DNA from: Fistulifera solaris
Lineage: Eukaryota
Length of the DNA stretch: 64,000 nt
Direction of reading: 5' to 3'
Assembly: GCA_030295235.1 (NCBI GenBank)
Contig: AP026143.1
Coordinates: 558,001 to 622,000 of the forward strand
Part shown: positions 10,801 to 23,624 of the stretch, in pieces
Numbering within the stretch: the stretch's first letter is position 1
Layout of the letters: every line of letters begins with the position of its first letter
The notes under the pieces: model-generated
Database searches by the model: none
Seen by the model: the letters and a program-made list of their open reading frames with translations, nothing else
Told to the model about the DNA's origin: nothing
Made by a program: the position numbers and the translations under genes

Positions 10801-13800
10801 AAAATCGGGATCCATACTCTTCTGAAATTCATCGGAAAGTCCGAAAGCATTGTCGACTGCTATGATCAACTCGGCAACCTCCCTGGGCGGCTTCCTCGCT
10901 GGGCCATCAGGGTCCCAAAGCATAATCGATCTTTGAGCAGACTTCAACATTTTCTTTCGGCGCGTTCTTTCTACGATGAAAAAAGATTTTAGGACAGGTT
11001 TCTTATTCCGGTGTCAATATCGGTCACGCACCTTCAAGTAAACGAGCAGCGTCCCTGTCTTTTTGCTGTTGTAAAAGACGCTTCGAAATCCTAGATCCTG
11101 ACTTTTTCGTTGAGTTCTCTTCAATGGAAACAGGCGGAAGAAAAAGTATTTCCGCAAGTGAAGTTTCCTTATCAATGTTGTATCTCAGGTTAGCTTCAAG
11201 CATAGAATCAATAGACGGAATGACCTGAACCTTTTACCTACCTCCTCTCGAGCTTTTTGTTCAGCCAATTTCATTTTGTCCCGACCAGCTTCGTCGCAGT
11301 CTACAGTGGGGAAACGGTATTTCGAAGATGTTACCATCTTCATTATAGATTGTAAAGTCGGATGCTCATTCCACATCACGTCGGCAATTTTTCCTGAAGC
11401 ACCACAGAAGACTAAAGCCACCACGGTAGTTCGCCACCAATTACCAGGAAGAGCCAGCCTATTTAAAAGATGAGACCTCATCGTGTAATGCAGGCAAAAA
11501 GCATTGTCGCGCTTACCTTGGGAGCTCCGTTGGAAGATTAACATTTGTAGGTGGAGTGTATTGGGCTAGTCTATACATCTCCCAGATCAAACTGGGATCG
11601 CTCAACTTAAGCTTTCCTTTTCGATGTTTAGTGCATGTTTCTAAAAGATTCTCTATGACCTGTAGGGACATTTGAGGTTCCAGACCCTCCCCATCCTCCC
11701 TAGAGGCCTCCAAAACGATCGAAATGAGGTCATCAGTTACGTCCGCTCCATATTTACAGCAAAGTTTCAACGCGTCTATCTCAGCTTCCCATTCCTTAGT
11801 GCTAGTGCATTCGTTGGATGATACTGCTTCGCTCGGTAGATTGAATTCTCTCATTGAGTCAGAATCGGGCTCTTCAATAAGTAGCAGACAACGTAAAGTG
11901 TTGAGCCATGACGGAATCTTCTCTTCCTCGAACTGGCCTAGAGTGCTGCGGAAATTTGGAAGACCAGCTCCGACAGATTCTTTGTCCCCTTGAGCATCGA
12001 CTCGTTTCTTAAAGTTTGTAGAATAGTGGGGTCCATAATATGTGCAGAACCAAGACAGAAGGAGTTTTCGAACAGATAATAGGGAGGCCCTCAAAGTAAG
12101 CTCTTCCGTTTCCGATAAACAAGCTTTGCCTTTACCACGAACAAAAGGAGAAACCGCGAGCGTCACGCATTGTAACATAAGACGAGCTTTGTCCTCTTCG
12201 TTTCGCGGTGACCAACCTTGACTATTGACGTCATTTTCAAAGAAAGCTTTCATCAGTTGAATGCCATCAAAGGAAGATGAAATTTCCACCGCAAACCTGC
12301 GCAAGATACGACGCAACTTCAAGATTAAGCAGTCTCTGCTTGATGCTAAACCTTTGTTTGCATCATCCACGTCTTCCAAGTCACGCGCCATCATCATCAA
12401 AACAGATGAAGCAATGGCATCGTATGAAACTTGTGCCGGCACAACCGCATGGATTGCACCTACCATCTTAAGAGGACTAGTAGACTCGGTAGAGGTGTGC
12501 GAAAGGCTTGAGAGAACTTCAACTTCATCGCGCAACAGCTTAGAATACATCCGGCGCACGACAGTTAAGGTTGGTATTCGCTTCGCAATCGCAGTAACAT
12601 TTTCGATGTGGGCATTTAGCTGATTGGCCTTCAGCCGCATCGCCAGTATGCTGTCGATCGCAACAAGATCATCCGGCAGAGGTGGGTCCTCGTGCTTCAT
12701 GTGATTCACAGTTGCTGAAAATAATGTTCGAGCTAGTCCTGCTAGCGCCGGAGATTGCAGCCATTTCAATAGATTTGATGCGATGAGACTTCTCACTTTC
12801 GGTATCGAAACGAACATAGGAAGAGCCTGGAGTAGCCCCGAATTCTGCTTTGATTTGACATCCAGTCGTTCGTACAAGGAAGAGGCTATCCGGTCTATGG
12901 CAACCTCAAAGTTGACCCCAAAATACCTAGGTCGAATACTTTCAAGATCAAGATTGATTTGATTGACTGGGTAGGTACTTCTCTTCCGGCCCCTATTGGC
13001 TTTATTGCTCCGTCCTTTCGCCGTCACCAAAATTTCTTCGTCTTCTTCACCAGAAGACGAAGAGTTTCCGCTCTCGCCTCTTTTCTTCTTTCCTTGTTCT
13101 TGCGACGATCCGTAAGAGGATACGCTTCCCCGGCTAATCGTTGGCGAGCTTACCGATAGTTCTTGGTAAGCCTCCGCAACAAGAGCGGCTTGTGCCATCC
13201 CTTCCTCGGTCGTCGTCGGTATGACCGATGATCGGTGACAAAGTTCCAAATTCTGGACCAGCAAACGGCAATTCGCATCATCAATCCACAGACGAGGACC
13301 AAATACATCATCCGCGTATGCTTTCACGAGTGATGGCGGCCAATGGTCTAAATGAGCAAACGAAGCGTACAAGATAGTCGCCGCCAAAGTAGCGAGAGAG
13401 TAGTGAGGCATAACCGCATAATCCACCACCTTTCGTCCTACCGGGTTGGGAGAATGTGTGGTTTTTATAAATTTGTTGGATGTCGTTTCATTGTTGCTGA
13501 AAGACAGAGAACGTTTCCGACCACCACCCGCCGCTGGAGTGGATGCTTCGGCTTCGAAAGAAGGCGGAGCAGCTGAGGGCGACAAGCATTGCAATAAAGC
13601 CGTGAATACTTGAGAATCTTGCACAACAGCACTTATTGCAGGGATTTCAGCTGGTGCGGGGCACTGTGAGGTCTTTTTCTCGATTTCCGCTGCATCTCTA
13701 AATTTCATAAAACGTTGACATTACCGTGAGAGTTCGTTTGATTCCCAACATCACTGTGCATCATGCGTTCCTTACCTTGCGCGCTGCAGGACTTCCTGGT

Positions 13801-13942
13801 CTATTTTCAAATAGTATAGTAGACCAATGGCCGCTGTATACATTTCGGCAATTTCCTTAGCAGAAGATTGCTGGAAGATATCTCGCTGCAAAGTCTTGAT
13901 CGTACGGATCGAACGCTCCAGGTCGGGCGTCCTATCGCTCAT
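7820..13942 (-). CDS. INTS1: Integrator complex subunit 1-like protein (multi-exon, one apparent frameshift near 8057)
   Basis: HWPPSLVKAYADDVFGPRLWIDDANC, LWDPDGPARKPP and RRHPLILLR resemble conserved INTS1 blocks; ~1900 aa across several exons. Confidence 0.75.
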
Positions 13943-14198
13943 GATACAGTAAGATCTCGTCTTCAGGCCACAACTGAGTCGATAATCAATCAATACTTTG
14001 AATTTTTTATTCGAAAGGGCAACAACATTTTCATCGTCGTCGTCAAAAATAAAAATCATCATCGAGATATCGCAATACCGGTACGAATGTATTTTATTTT
14101 ACACCTTCGTTGCTACCAGGTATGGATCGTGCTTGTCTCTAGCTAACTCAAACAGAGAAAAAAGTTTTGCACTAGCTATCAATTTAAATTACAGTTAA

Positions 14199-15091
14199 CT
14201 AAGTCACTAGTCCAAGAATACCGGCCGTCATCAAGGCTGCCGATATAGAGAGCAATACCATTTTCATCGGCGACCCCTCCGAAAGAGTCGCAATGTCAGA
14301 AGCGGACATGGGCCTGTTAAACCATCCAACTACCGCTATTCGCTTTTTTTGCGTGTCTAACACCTCATGAGGAATGGCATCGCTTTGAAAAATAACCAGC
14401 GTGCCCCCTTCTGGATCGACATCTTTATAGAAAGGGCTTTCGCCTGGTGGTAGCTCGTCCCCACCCGAGTCAAAATGCAATCGAAGTTGTCCTGCATCTT
14501 TGACAGAATTCCAGTCTTTATTCAGATAGAGCAGCATGGAATAAGTTCTCAGAACGGAAGCCGATCCAGGAATTGCATCACGATGACGACGGTAGAACCC
14601 TCCTTGAGGATAGTAAGCGTACAAAAGCTCCGTGAGGTCGTCATCCAAAGGTCCAAATACCCCCAAATCCGTGCGCAGACGATCCAATCGTTCATACAAC
14701 TCCTGTCGGCCGGCATGCTGTGGTAGGTCCTTTTACTTTTCCCGAGAAAACAAGTCTCCGCTACCCGGATCTTTGTATTGAGCATGTTGGTCAAGTCTTG
14801 ACCGATCTTGGCTACTTTGAAATAATTTTGAGATCGTAACTGCTCAACATCTTGACGTAGCGATTGTTGTAGCGATTCCGGTATGAATGCAGGCACTATC
14901 AAATATTTGTTTTCCTTTAGCTCTTGTAGCTGTTCCCCTGAAAGACATGGAGTCGTCGTCGCGAGTCGTTGAGTAGTCGATCGACGAACGTGCGCGATAG
15001 GTTGCGACAGCCAAGCTTTGCTTATAGTTGGGAAGAAACCAAGCAACAGGGCCGACAAGTGCAACCTTCTATCATATGACCTCGCTACCAT
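14199..15091 (-). CDS. 2OG-Fe(II) oxygenase (EGLN/prolyl-hydroxylase-like), probably plastid-targeted, C-terminal TM; frameshift near 14730
   Basis: YRRHRD, LLYLNKDW, HEVL...RIAVVGWF; signal peptide followed by KA-WL. Confidence 0.85.
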
Positions 15092-16081
15092 CGTTGTAAT
15101 AAAACGCGCATATTGCGAAGGAATTGTCATGGTCGCACAGCTTCCTGCGATCTGCAAAATCGATCGATCGGCGCACACTGGCGGCACATCCGTCCTCCGT
15201 CGGTCAATCACGAACCATTAGTCAGTCACTGACAGAGTACATTTCAGCAAATAGTCTAAAAACTTCAACGTGTTCAATTCAATCTAGACTACCTGGTACA
15301 CGTCATCAAAGGGGCAAGAATACTTTCTGAACTAACGACTCGGCCGAAACAAGAACGTTAATTGCAGAATTAATAGCTGCAATTCGTTATGCGAAGGCTA
15401 AAGTAATGAAACGATTCCGTTGTCCTAAGAAGTTTACCAAGAATGAGGTCTAAAGTGTCAAAATTCGGGAATGAACTAGGTCACCATTAACTCCCTTCCA
15501 GTATCCAAAACCATTATCTGTTCGTCTGATACTTATTGCTTTTTGATCGTGTTCAACGATGTCATATGCTAAGGTGATGTTGTCTTTCATATCTTGAGCA
15601 CTTATTTACGCCTTTACTTTGTCCTGAGGCGCTAGTCACTACTTCGAGCACTATGTGCCAACTTCACAGAGATCCGATAGAGCCTCGGAGTATTCATGGC
15701 GGAAGTCAGGTCAGCCGAAAAGGGCTATATCTACACGCAATTGCGGATCGATGAGCGCTTCTCTGCGTCACCAATTTATCCAACCCCTTTAATGAATAGC
15801 CCAGCTAATTGATGGAAGCTTTATCGCTCGCAATTCTGTTCATCCAATTTGACTTCCTCCGACATGTTAGCTTGTCGATCGTATTCCTTGCGTGGCTTGG
15901 CAGTTGTTAAAGGGAGACGTCACGATTGATCTTTTGTGATAGCCGCAGTATTCTGTTTTCATTTTCTCCTCTCGTCCAGCCAAGAACAGATTGTGTATCT
16001 TCTTTCTGTGGTTATCAACAAGCTAACAGGATCACAGATATCATCCAACAGGTTTGCGCCTGGTTTTTATTGCGTAGGGAG

Positions 16082-17119
16082 ATGAAAAACGAAAGTCCAA
16101 AACATCAAGACAATTTGCTTCCCAGCTCGTTGGATCCTTTTAATGAAAGCTGTCCGATGGCCAATGCAGCGGATGTTTTGTGCGGTAGAGGAAGGACTTC
16201 ATTCAATCACGGTAAGAGTTGTTGAGCGCGTTTTTGGGCTTTATCAATCTTGCTCACGCATCTGTTCGCGACATGTTAATTAGTTGGAAACAAACGTTTC
16301 CGAGAAAGGATCAATGCCACGATTAAGCATTACATGGAAGCACCCAATCGCTATGAAAAGTCTTTGGTGGTTCATGGTGTCGTAGAACAAATCCAAGCTT
16401 CAGGAGGTCGTTTCTTGAAACACGACGAGAAGACAGGCAGCTGGTACGAGCTTAGTAGTGCTCAAATGAAAGAGAAAGTAGGGCACGCTATCCGTGATGC
16501 TGTCAATGCCCTCGAAGCTCGGACGGAGAGGAAGCGTTTCTCTGAAACGAAGGAGGAGCGCGATCCCGTTACAACATCGCCTGCCCCCGTGGCATCGATT
16601 CGCGACAAAGGATCGCCTTTGGGTGCTAAAGGCTTCCAGCTGAATATGCCTGACCTCAATTCGATCCACATGAAGCAACATTTTCATCACCCGCCGAATC
16701 GTTCACAAAAGACTGTCTTCGAGCCGTCTCAGTCGTTGCTGTATCATCAGCAAAGTCCTTCCGAACATCAGCGGCCTTACAATTTCCCTCCTGTTCCCTA
16801 TCCGCAACGATATCACGTCGTGAATCGACCAGAGGAATTTCAACATTCGTCGTGCTTACACGACGGTGGCTATTATGATCAACACCACCCCGCATTGATC
16901 GAGCCTATCCCCTACAACCCTATTACCAGCGACTCGACAAAGACGACTGATGCTCATCAGGTTGTTCCCTCCGACGTTGGTAGAGCTACTGGTCACAGCA
17001 ATGGAGAAGTAGACGATCATCGTGTCGCCCAACCGGAGAAAGATTTCTTCTTGGAGCAAATTAATCAAGTGTTGGGTCCGATTGTTGACGACGGAGACGA
17101 TTCCTGCGTCTCCGTTTAG
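16082..17119 (+). CDS. DUF6824-domain protein
   Basis: DVLCGRG...NH|VGNKRFR across intron 16212-16283; GGRFLK...W...EKVGHAIRD. Confidence 0.85.
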
Positions 17120-17960
17120 CTCTATATCCCTCAGGATTTCATCTTAAGTGTGCTTGATATCTTTGACGATGGACCAAAATGAAAAATACTCTGGTTGACA
17201 AAGAGAGGAGGTGCTCGACTATCAAATTTGTACAACATTCATAGACTCTCCTTTTCCGTAACGCGTAGCAATCGTGTTTCTATTGGTTCTTTCATTTTGA
17301 GTTGTATTTGGGTGATGATAAGCAGCAACGCATTTATTGTTCGTTTATAGTCACAATCATAGACTTGAAATGTCAGGATGCTCGCATCACTGCAAAAATT
17401 CTCTTCATCGCATTTCGCATTGCGTCGCAATAAAAACCGACACAACGTCGCACTGAGTTTCGGCTGTAGCACAAAATGTAGATTACTTTTTTTGACGTCA
17501 CACGTGTCTGTGATTCTGTCATGAGTCCGGATTGATTCTCAGTTAGCATCTTTTGTCGTTTTAATAAATCTACTTCCTTCAGCCATTACCCGTTGACGAC
17601 AGCTCCGTGCCAGTCAATATCAAGTGCAGGATTGTTGACAATTGTTGACAAGCCAACCGTACGACCATCGTTGCTACAAACCACAAAAACGAGGATATAG
17701 CATGTGTAGCCCATGACTGAAGTCAGTCGTGACGAATCTCCGCTGGACACTACATTATTGGTTTATAGAAAATGGATCCCGATCAGATCTTTTCATGATC
17801 CGTTATTCGATTTCGATGAACAACGATGAACACGCACAAAAACGCTCATCGAAGATTTTGCGAAGCTTCGATAGAAAGAGAATCATAAACGCCACCACAT
17901 CAGTCACAACATTTCAAACCATCAAGTAGCTTATTCTTTGCATTGAAAGACGTTGAAAAC

Positions 17961-19721
17961 ATGTGCGACGAAGTCATTGAGGAAGAGAAAACATGGCGGG
18001 AGGACTACTTGACGATCCTCGTGTTAGGAGCTTCCGGGGAGTGAGTATCTTTCGGTGGACGGACGAGTTTCCATGCGAACTCTTTTCTGTTGTTTTGATT
18101 CTTGAGCACTCACTTCAGTTCACTCGTTTCATTACCTCGTTAGTTTGGCTCAAAAGAAAACTTATCCCAGCTTGATCAACTTGTACGCCTGGAAGCTATT
18201 ACCGAAGAACGTGCAAATCATCGGCTTGGCCCGTTCTGAAATGACGAACGAAGAACTTCGCGATCGACTCAAACCACATCTAGAGGACAAGAATGGGCAT
18301 TCTAAGGAAACCATCGACGACTTTCTTAACCTTTGTACTTACCAGTCAGCGCCGTCTTATGGCGACAAGGAAACATTTAAATCGATCGCCAAGAACATGG
18401 AAGAATTCGAAACGAGAACTCCAGCGAACCGGCTCTTCTACTTTGCCATTCCTCCTTCTGTCTTCTCGGAGACAGCTCTTGCTATCAAAGAAACATGCAT
18501 GCAGGAAAAAGGGAAAGGTTGGTCTCGACTCATTGTGGAAAAGCCATTTGGAAAAGACTTGCAAACGTTCGAAGAGCTTAACGAGACTTTATCGGAGCAT
18601 TTTTCCGAGGAGGATTTGTATCGAATCGATCATTATCTGGGTAAGGAGCTAGTACAGAACTTACTAATCCTACGATTTTCGAATGTCTGGTTTGAAAGGG
18701 TTTGGAATACGGACAGTATCCAGTGCGTGATTTTGACATTTAAAGAGTCGATTGGAATCGAAGGACGCGGAGGATACTTCGATGAGTATGGAATCATTCG
18801 TGACATTTTTCAGAATCATCTTTTGCAAGTTCTGGCACTTCTTGCGATGGAGCCTCCGACCATGGCAGATGGTCCTGATGCAGGAACTTTCATTCGCGAT
18901 GCGAAGGTGAAGGTTTTGCGATCGATCAAACCATTGACGATGGACGACGTGATTCTTGGACAGTACGAGGGGTATGCAGATAATTCAACGATCAAAAACA
19001 AAGACTCGAAAACTGCTACTTTCGCTGCACTTCGCTTGTTCATCAATACGCCGCGTTGGTAAGATACACAACATTGTTGATGGGGAATCCTTTCTTTATG
19101 TTCAATTCTAACGCAATCTTCTGGCTGCAATACAAAGGCACAACGTCCCAATTATTATGAAGGCGGGGAAAGCGTTGAATGAAGGCAAAGCAGAGATGCG
19201 AATTCAGTTCAAGGACGCGCCCGCGGGGCAGTTTATTTTCCAAGGACAGGCGTGTCCCAGGAACGAGCTCGGTAGGTAATATTATTGTTCTCTTCAAGCT
19301 CCGTAAAAACGTTTCTGACGCGGTTACCTGGTACACAATTGTATCTTGGTGAAACCAGTTATGCGTATGCAACCCAAAGAAGCTATTTACATGAAAACGA
19401 ATGTGAAGAGTCCCGGTTTTACGTCCACGCCTATTCAGTCGGAACTTGAGGTCAACTACGATTCTAGGTTTGAGGCCAATTGTAATCCAGATGCTTACAC
19501 GCGATTGATCCTGGATGTCATCCGAGGTCGACATTCGGCATTTGTTCGTGACGATGAACTTCGCTACGCTTGGGAGATTTTCACTCCTCTTTTGCACGAA
19601 ATTGAAAAAAAGTGGCGTGAGTCCGATAGTATATAAACAAGGATCTCGCGGACCCCCAGAGGCTGACGACTTCATCGAAAAGAAAGCTGGGTACATCCGG
19701 AATAAAGATTATAAATTTTAA
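17961..19721 (+). CDS. G6PD: Glucose-6-phosphate 1-dehydrogenase (3 introns; poly-A frameshift near 19608)
   Basis: [37 protein letters not shown]. Confidence 0.97.
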
Positions 19722-20757
19722 GATGTACTAAGGATATGAGGAAAATTCGAATTTTAAGTTACCTAGCTAGTGTTGTCAAGGTTTGCAAATATCGCCTAAC
19801 ACCTAAACACCAAGCACATGTGTCGCAGTAAATTCCAAAGACCTAATAGACCATAACCTACAGCCATCTCATCTTCAAAGACTTGATCGAAAACACCTTT
19901 GATGATAAAACCGCAACTGAGTTCAGAGACGACCATGCCCTCAATCTATTCCGAGAACTAATGAATGAGAAAGTTAGGTATCGCTGTGTACCTGGTAAGC
20001 ATCGTAAATGATAATGCACGTGCAGGTTTCGCTTCCGTGAAAAAGTCGGGTATCACACAAATCGGCTGTGAAAGCATCGACAAATCGACAGAAAGGCCGA
20101 ATGCCCAAGACAGTAAATAATGGTAAATAATGGTCTTTGGCTTTTCTGTTGGGGAAACAGATTACTCAGAGTAGAATAATGGTCATTGTTCATTGTACTG
20201 AGAACTGTGACATATGTCCTAAAACCTACAGATTGTATAGACTAAATATACTTGATACTAGTAAGTACAGTGGTAGTTGATAGTGGAATTACGATTTACT
20301 TGGCCCTAATTTCTGTACCACTTTATACTTTATACTTGTACTTTGTACTTTGTACGGAGTATTGAGTATTGAGTATTGATTGGTTACTGTCACTGTTCTT
20401 AGTTCTTTATTTCTTAATGCCGTTGTGTCTTGTCCCTGCCAGAAATCAAACAGAGATAACAGTATTCCTATTGTGTACAAATGCTGTTGTTATCGAAAAT
20501 GACATTGAAGAAGAATGCGGAGAGTGCGAACGGGCCAGGCGCAAAATACTATCTATACTTATAGTTAACTAGTCAATGACCAGTGACTGAGTACGTTTTC
20601 AAACCGTCCCATCTTTCATCTTGTCATGCCCCTTTTCGTCCTCCTTCGTGCCTTGTTGTGCCTCACGCCTCACAACGCGAGAAGTGTTGATGTGCATTCA
20701 TCGACATACCTTTACAAACCCCTCTTTCCATTTACCCACAATTGAAGCGGAGTAGCT

Positions 20758-22218
20758 ATGCAAAGCCAGCATGCCGCCAGTATTTCGTGGGAGACCATGA
20801 TGAGAAGAAGAAGTAGTTTTTCAGGCCAAGGAAGGAGATTGAGCCTTCTTCCAGTTGATCTGAGCAAAGATCAGTTCTTTGGCTTAGACGACCTTATTCT
20901 TAACGAGAACATGAATAACCTAATGGAATCGTTGCACCCAGCCTCTAATGAACAGTCATCTATGGCTTTGGATCATGCACAAGCTCGGAGACAAAGCCTC
21001 CTTGGCGGCATTGTTGGTAACTCAAATTTGTGGGGAGGCTTACAGAATGGTGACATTCCAATAAACAACAATGGTGGCTTTAGCAGTGGTCTTTTCGACG
21101 GGCTACAAAGTGACGGATCTTTGCTGGCGAACAGCAGATATGGAAACAGCGCGGAAAGTACTCTTTTAAACAACATGGTGTCAATGCAGACTAATACCTT
21201 TTTGGAAGGTGCGCGAAACAGAGTCTCAGGGTCATCGCGAAATAGCTTCATAGGAAGCATGCGCAACAGCTTTTTCGGAAGCATGAGAGACAGTTTGGCC
21301 TTAGGAAGTATCACCCCTCTCACTGATCGAGCAACGTTGATCGAAGGTGTCGATTTGGATGCCCACCATGGTGCTTACTTACTCTCTGATTTTGGGACTC
21401 TGTTCAAACCAACCTCTGGTCACAGCAAGAATGATGCTGATTACAAAGACAGTAGTTTGACCAAGCACATGGTACCACAGAATGTCTATTCGGCTCAGCA
21501 CGGTGTTCCGCATACCAACATAATATCGTCGCTCGTTTCGGATCAAAAGTTACCATCTGAACATATGCGAACAGTGACGTCCGGAAGCACACAGCAAAAT
21601 CTGACCAGTCGAGCTAACAGATCAATCAAGCACACAGAAGATGACGATGATGACGACGATGACGAAGATGGGGATGGATCGAACCGGTTCAAACCTTTCC
21701 ATGAAGAGAAATGGACTCTGAGATACAAGGAACTTCTCGCATTTCACGCACAGCATGGCCATGCTGCAGTTCCGCATACTTATCCCCCAAATCCACAACT
21801 TGCTCGCTGGGTGAAGCGCCAACGAAGACAGTACAAGCTGCGCGAAGATGGAAAATCGACTACTATGACCGCAGAACGGTTAGAAATGTTGTCGTCAGTT
21901 GGGTTTATTTGGGATTCTCATGAAGTTAACTGGAGAGAAAAGTTATACGGTTTGACAGTTTTTCGGCAAGAAATCGGTAATTGCAACGTCCCATCCAATT
22001 ACAAGGACAAGAAACTTGCCACATGGGTCAAGTGCCAACGGCGTCAGTACAAACTATACTGCGATGGAAAGCCCTCTGCGATGAATCCTGACCGAATCAA
22101 GGTGCTCGAATCAGTTGGGTTTGAATGGGAAATTCGATCAAACAATTCTCGTCGTCAGTTGCTGAGTGGCTCGGGAAACGGCGAAGACATGCCTCCGTTT
22201 GACGTACGTGACATTTGA
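20758..22218 (+). CDS. Helicase-associated (HA) repeat domain protein
   Basis: Two HA repeats: W..RY.EL..F...HGH..VP...LARWVKRQR...GFIW and GNCNVP...LATWVKCQRRQYK...GFEW. Confidence 0.88.
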   Translation: MQSQHAASISWETMMRRRSSFSGQGRRLSLLPVDLSKDQFFGLDDLILNENMNNLMESLHPASNEQSSMALDHAQARRQSLLGGIVGNSNLWGGLQNGDIPINNNGGFSSGLFDGLQSDGSLLANSRYGNSAESTLLNNMVSMQTNTFLEGARNRVSGSSRNSFIGSMRNSFFGSMRDSLALGSITPLTDRATLIEGVDLDAHHGAYLLSDFGTLFKPTSGHSKNDADYKDSSLTKHMVPQNVYSAQHGVPHTNIISSLVSDQKLPSEHMRTVTSGSTQQNLTSRANRSIKHTEDDDDDDDDEDGDGSNRFKPFHEEKWTLRYKELLAFHAQHGHAAVPHTYPPNPQLARWVKRQRRQYKLREDGKSTTMTAERLEMLSSVGFIWDSHEVNWREKLYGLTVFRQEIGNCNVPSNYKDKKLATWVKCQRRQYKLYCDGKPSAMNPDRIKVLESVGFEWEIRSNNSRRQLLSGSGNGEDMPPFDVRDI

Positions 22219-22517
22219 TAAGAAGGAGCAAGTCACGTGTGTGACCCTTCAGCTAGAGAACGAGCGCCCATTCTGTACAAGGTGCTCTCACATTTTGATT
22301 TTAACTGCTTGCGCTAAATGGAAGCTAATTAGTAACCCAGCGTTAAAGCGTTTTGACGTCCCATTTTCACCGGAAACTTTCATAGACAATGATTCTCATA
22401 AAAAAATTCAAATTTGTTTCCTTCTTAGCCACCAACTTTTATGAGACACTAAATTCTTTTAAACTATTGAGCATCAAATATTGGAAATCCACGAATTTTT
22501 TGTCAGCTCATTCTGAA

Positions 22518-23484
22518 TCAACCGGACGCGGCTGCCAAAGAAGTAGAAGAAATCAGTTCTTGAATGTTCTGTCGTTGATTTTGCAGTCGTCGTTCGAGAT
22601 ACTCCTTCTTTTGCCCTAAATCCGTCTGTAGCTTGCTTCCTGACTCCGCCTGTTCTTTCAAGTACTCAATTGCCCCTTCTTTTGAAGGCCATTTCATAAC
22701 GAAAGCCTTTCCGACCGCTTTGTAGCAGTGGCGGTCTGCGGATAGTTCCGATAGTTCACTTCCTGTAACCTCCGAAATACGAACTTGTCGTTGCGCTGAA
22801 ACGATTTGCTGCTCAACTGATTGAAGCTCTTGCGCCGTTCGGAGTTGTTGCTCCTGCAGATCGGCCAACTCCTTTTGTGTTGCCTCGTCCAATGTGACCG
22901 CCGATGTCGCTGGGATTGATGTCAAATTATTCGTGTTCGATTTCGCCGCTTTCTGCTTCATCTTTTGTTGAACAATCTGTAGCAGTTTCTTGAGTGGGGC
23001 GACATCACTAGCGCCATCACTTTGCGCGAGACCATGCTGCAGGGTTTGAATTGCTGTTTCGTACTCATGTAATTCGTTTTGTGCCATCGCCAAACGGTAA
23101 TATCCTTTCAAAAATGCAGGATTGAGTCGCAGGCATTCTTTTGCATCCTTACTAGCCTCTTCCCAGTTTTCTAGACCAGCATGTGTGGCACTAGATAGAA
23201 TACACATTTTTGAGAAGCAAGAAGAAATGGTACTAGCCTCGACAATATAATTGAGAAGCTTACCTACGGTTGGAAAAGAGGACGTGATTACTAGGATCCA
23301 TCTTGATCGCCTGAGAATAATGCTCCAGAGCTTTCGCGTAATCTTTGGCGCTGAATGCGGCATTTCCTAATCTATAAGAGCAAGCGTGCAGGACGTAGAT
23401 AACGAAAGACGATTGAGATACTGCTCGCATCGCGATGACTTCAAGCCGATGCACTTACTCTTTTAGCTGTGCTGCGGTGCTCAT
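22518..23484 (-). CDS. TPR (STI1/Hop-like) domain fused to a prefoldin beta-type subunit
   Basis: Spliced LKELGNAAF...SNR...LKGYYR TPR triplet; C-terminal coiled coil with [10 protein letters not shown] and KKEYLER. Confidence 0.8.
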
Positions 23485-23624
23485 TTATATTATATTATCT
23501 TTGAAGAGCTATCTACAAATGAAAAGAGAGATTAAGGTCATACAAACGACTGATATTCGTTTAGATTGTTTGCTGATGATTGCTGTTGTGTTTTTGCTGC
23601 ATATAACGCTGCAACAGAAAAAAA

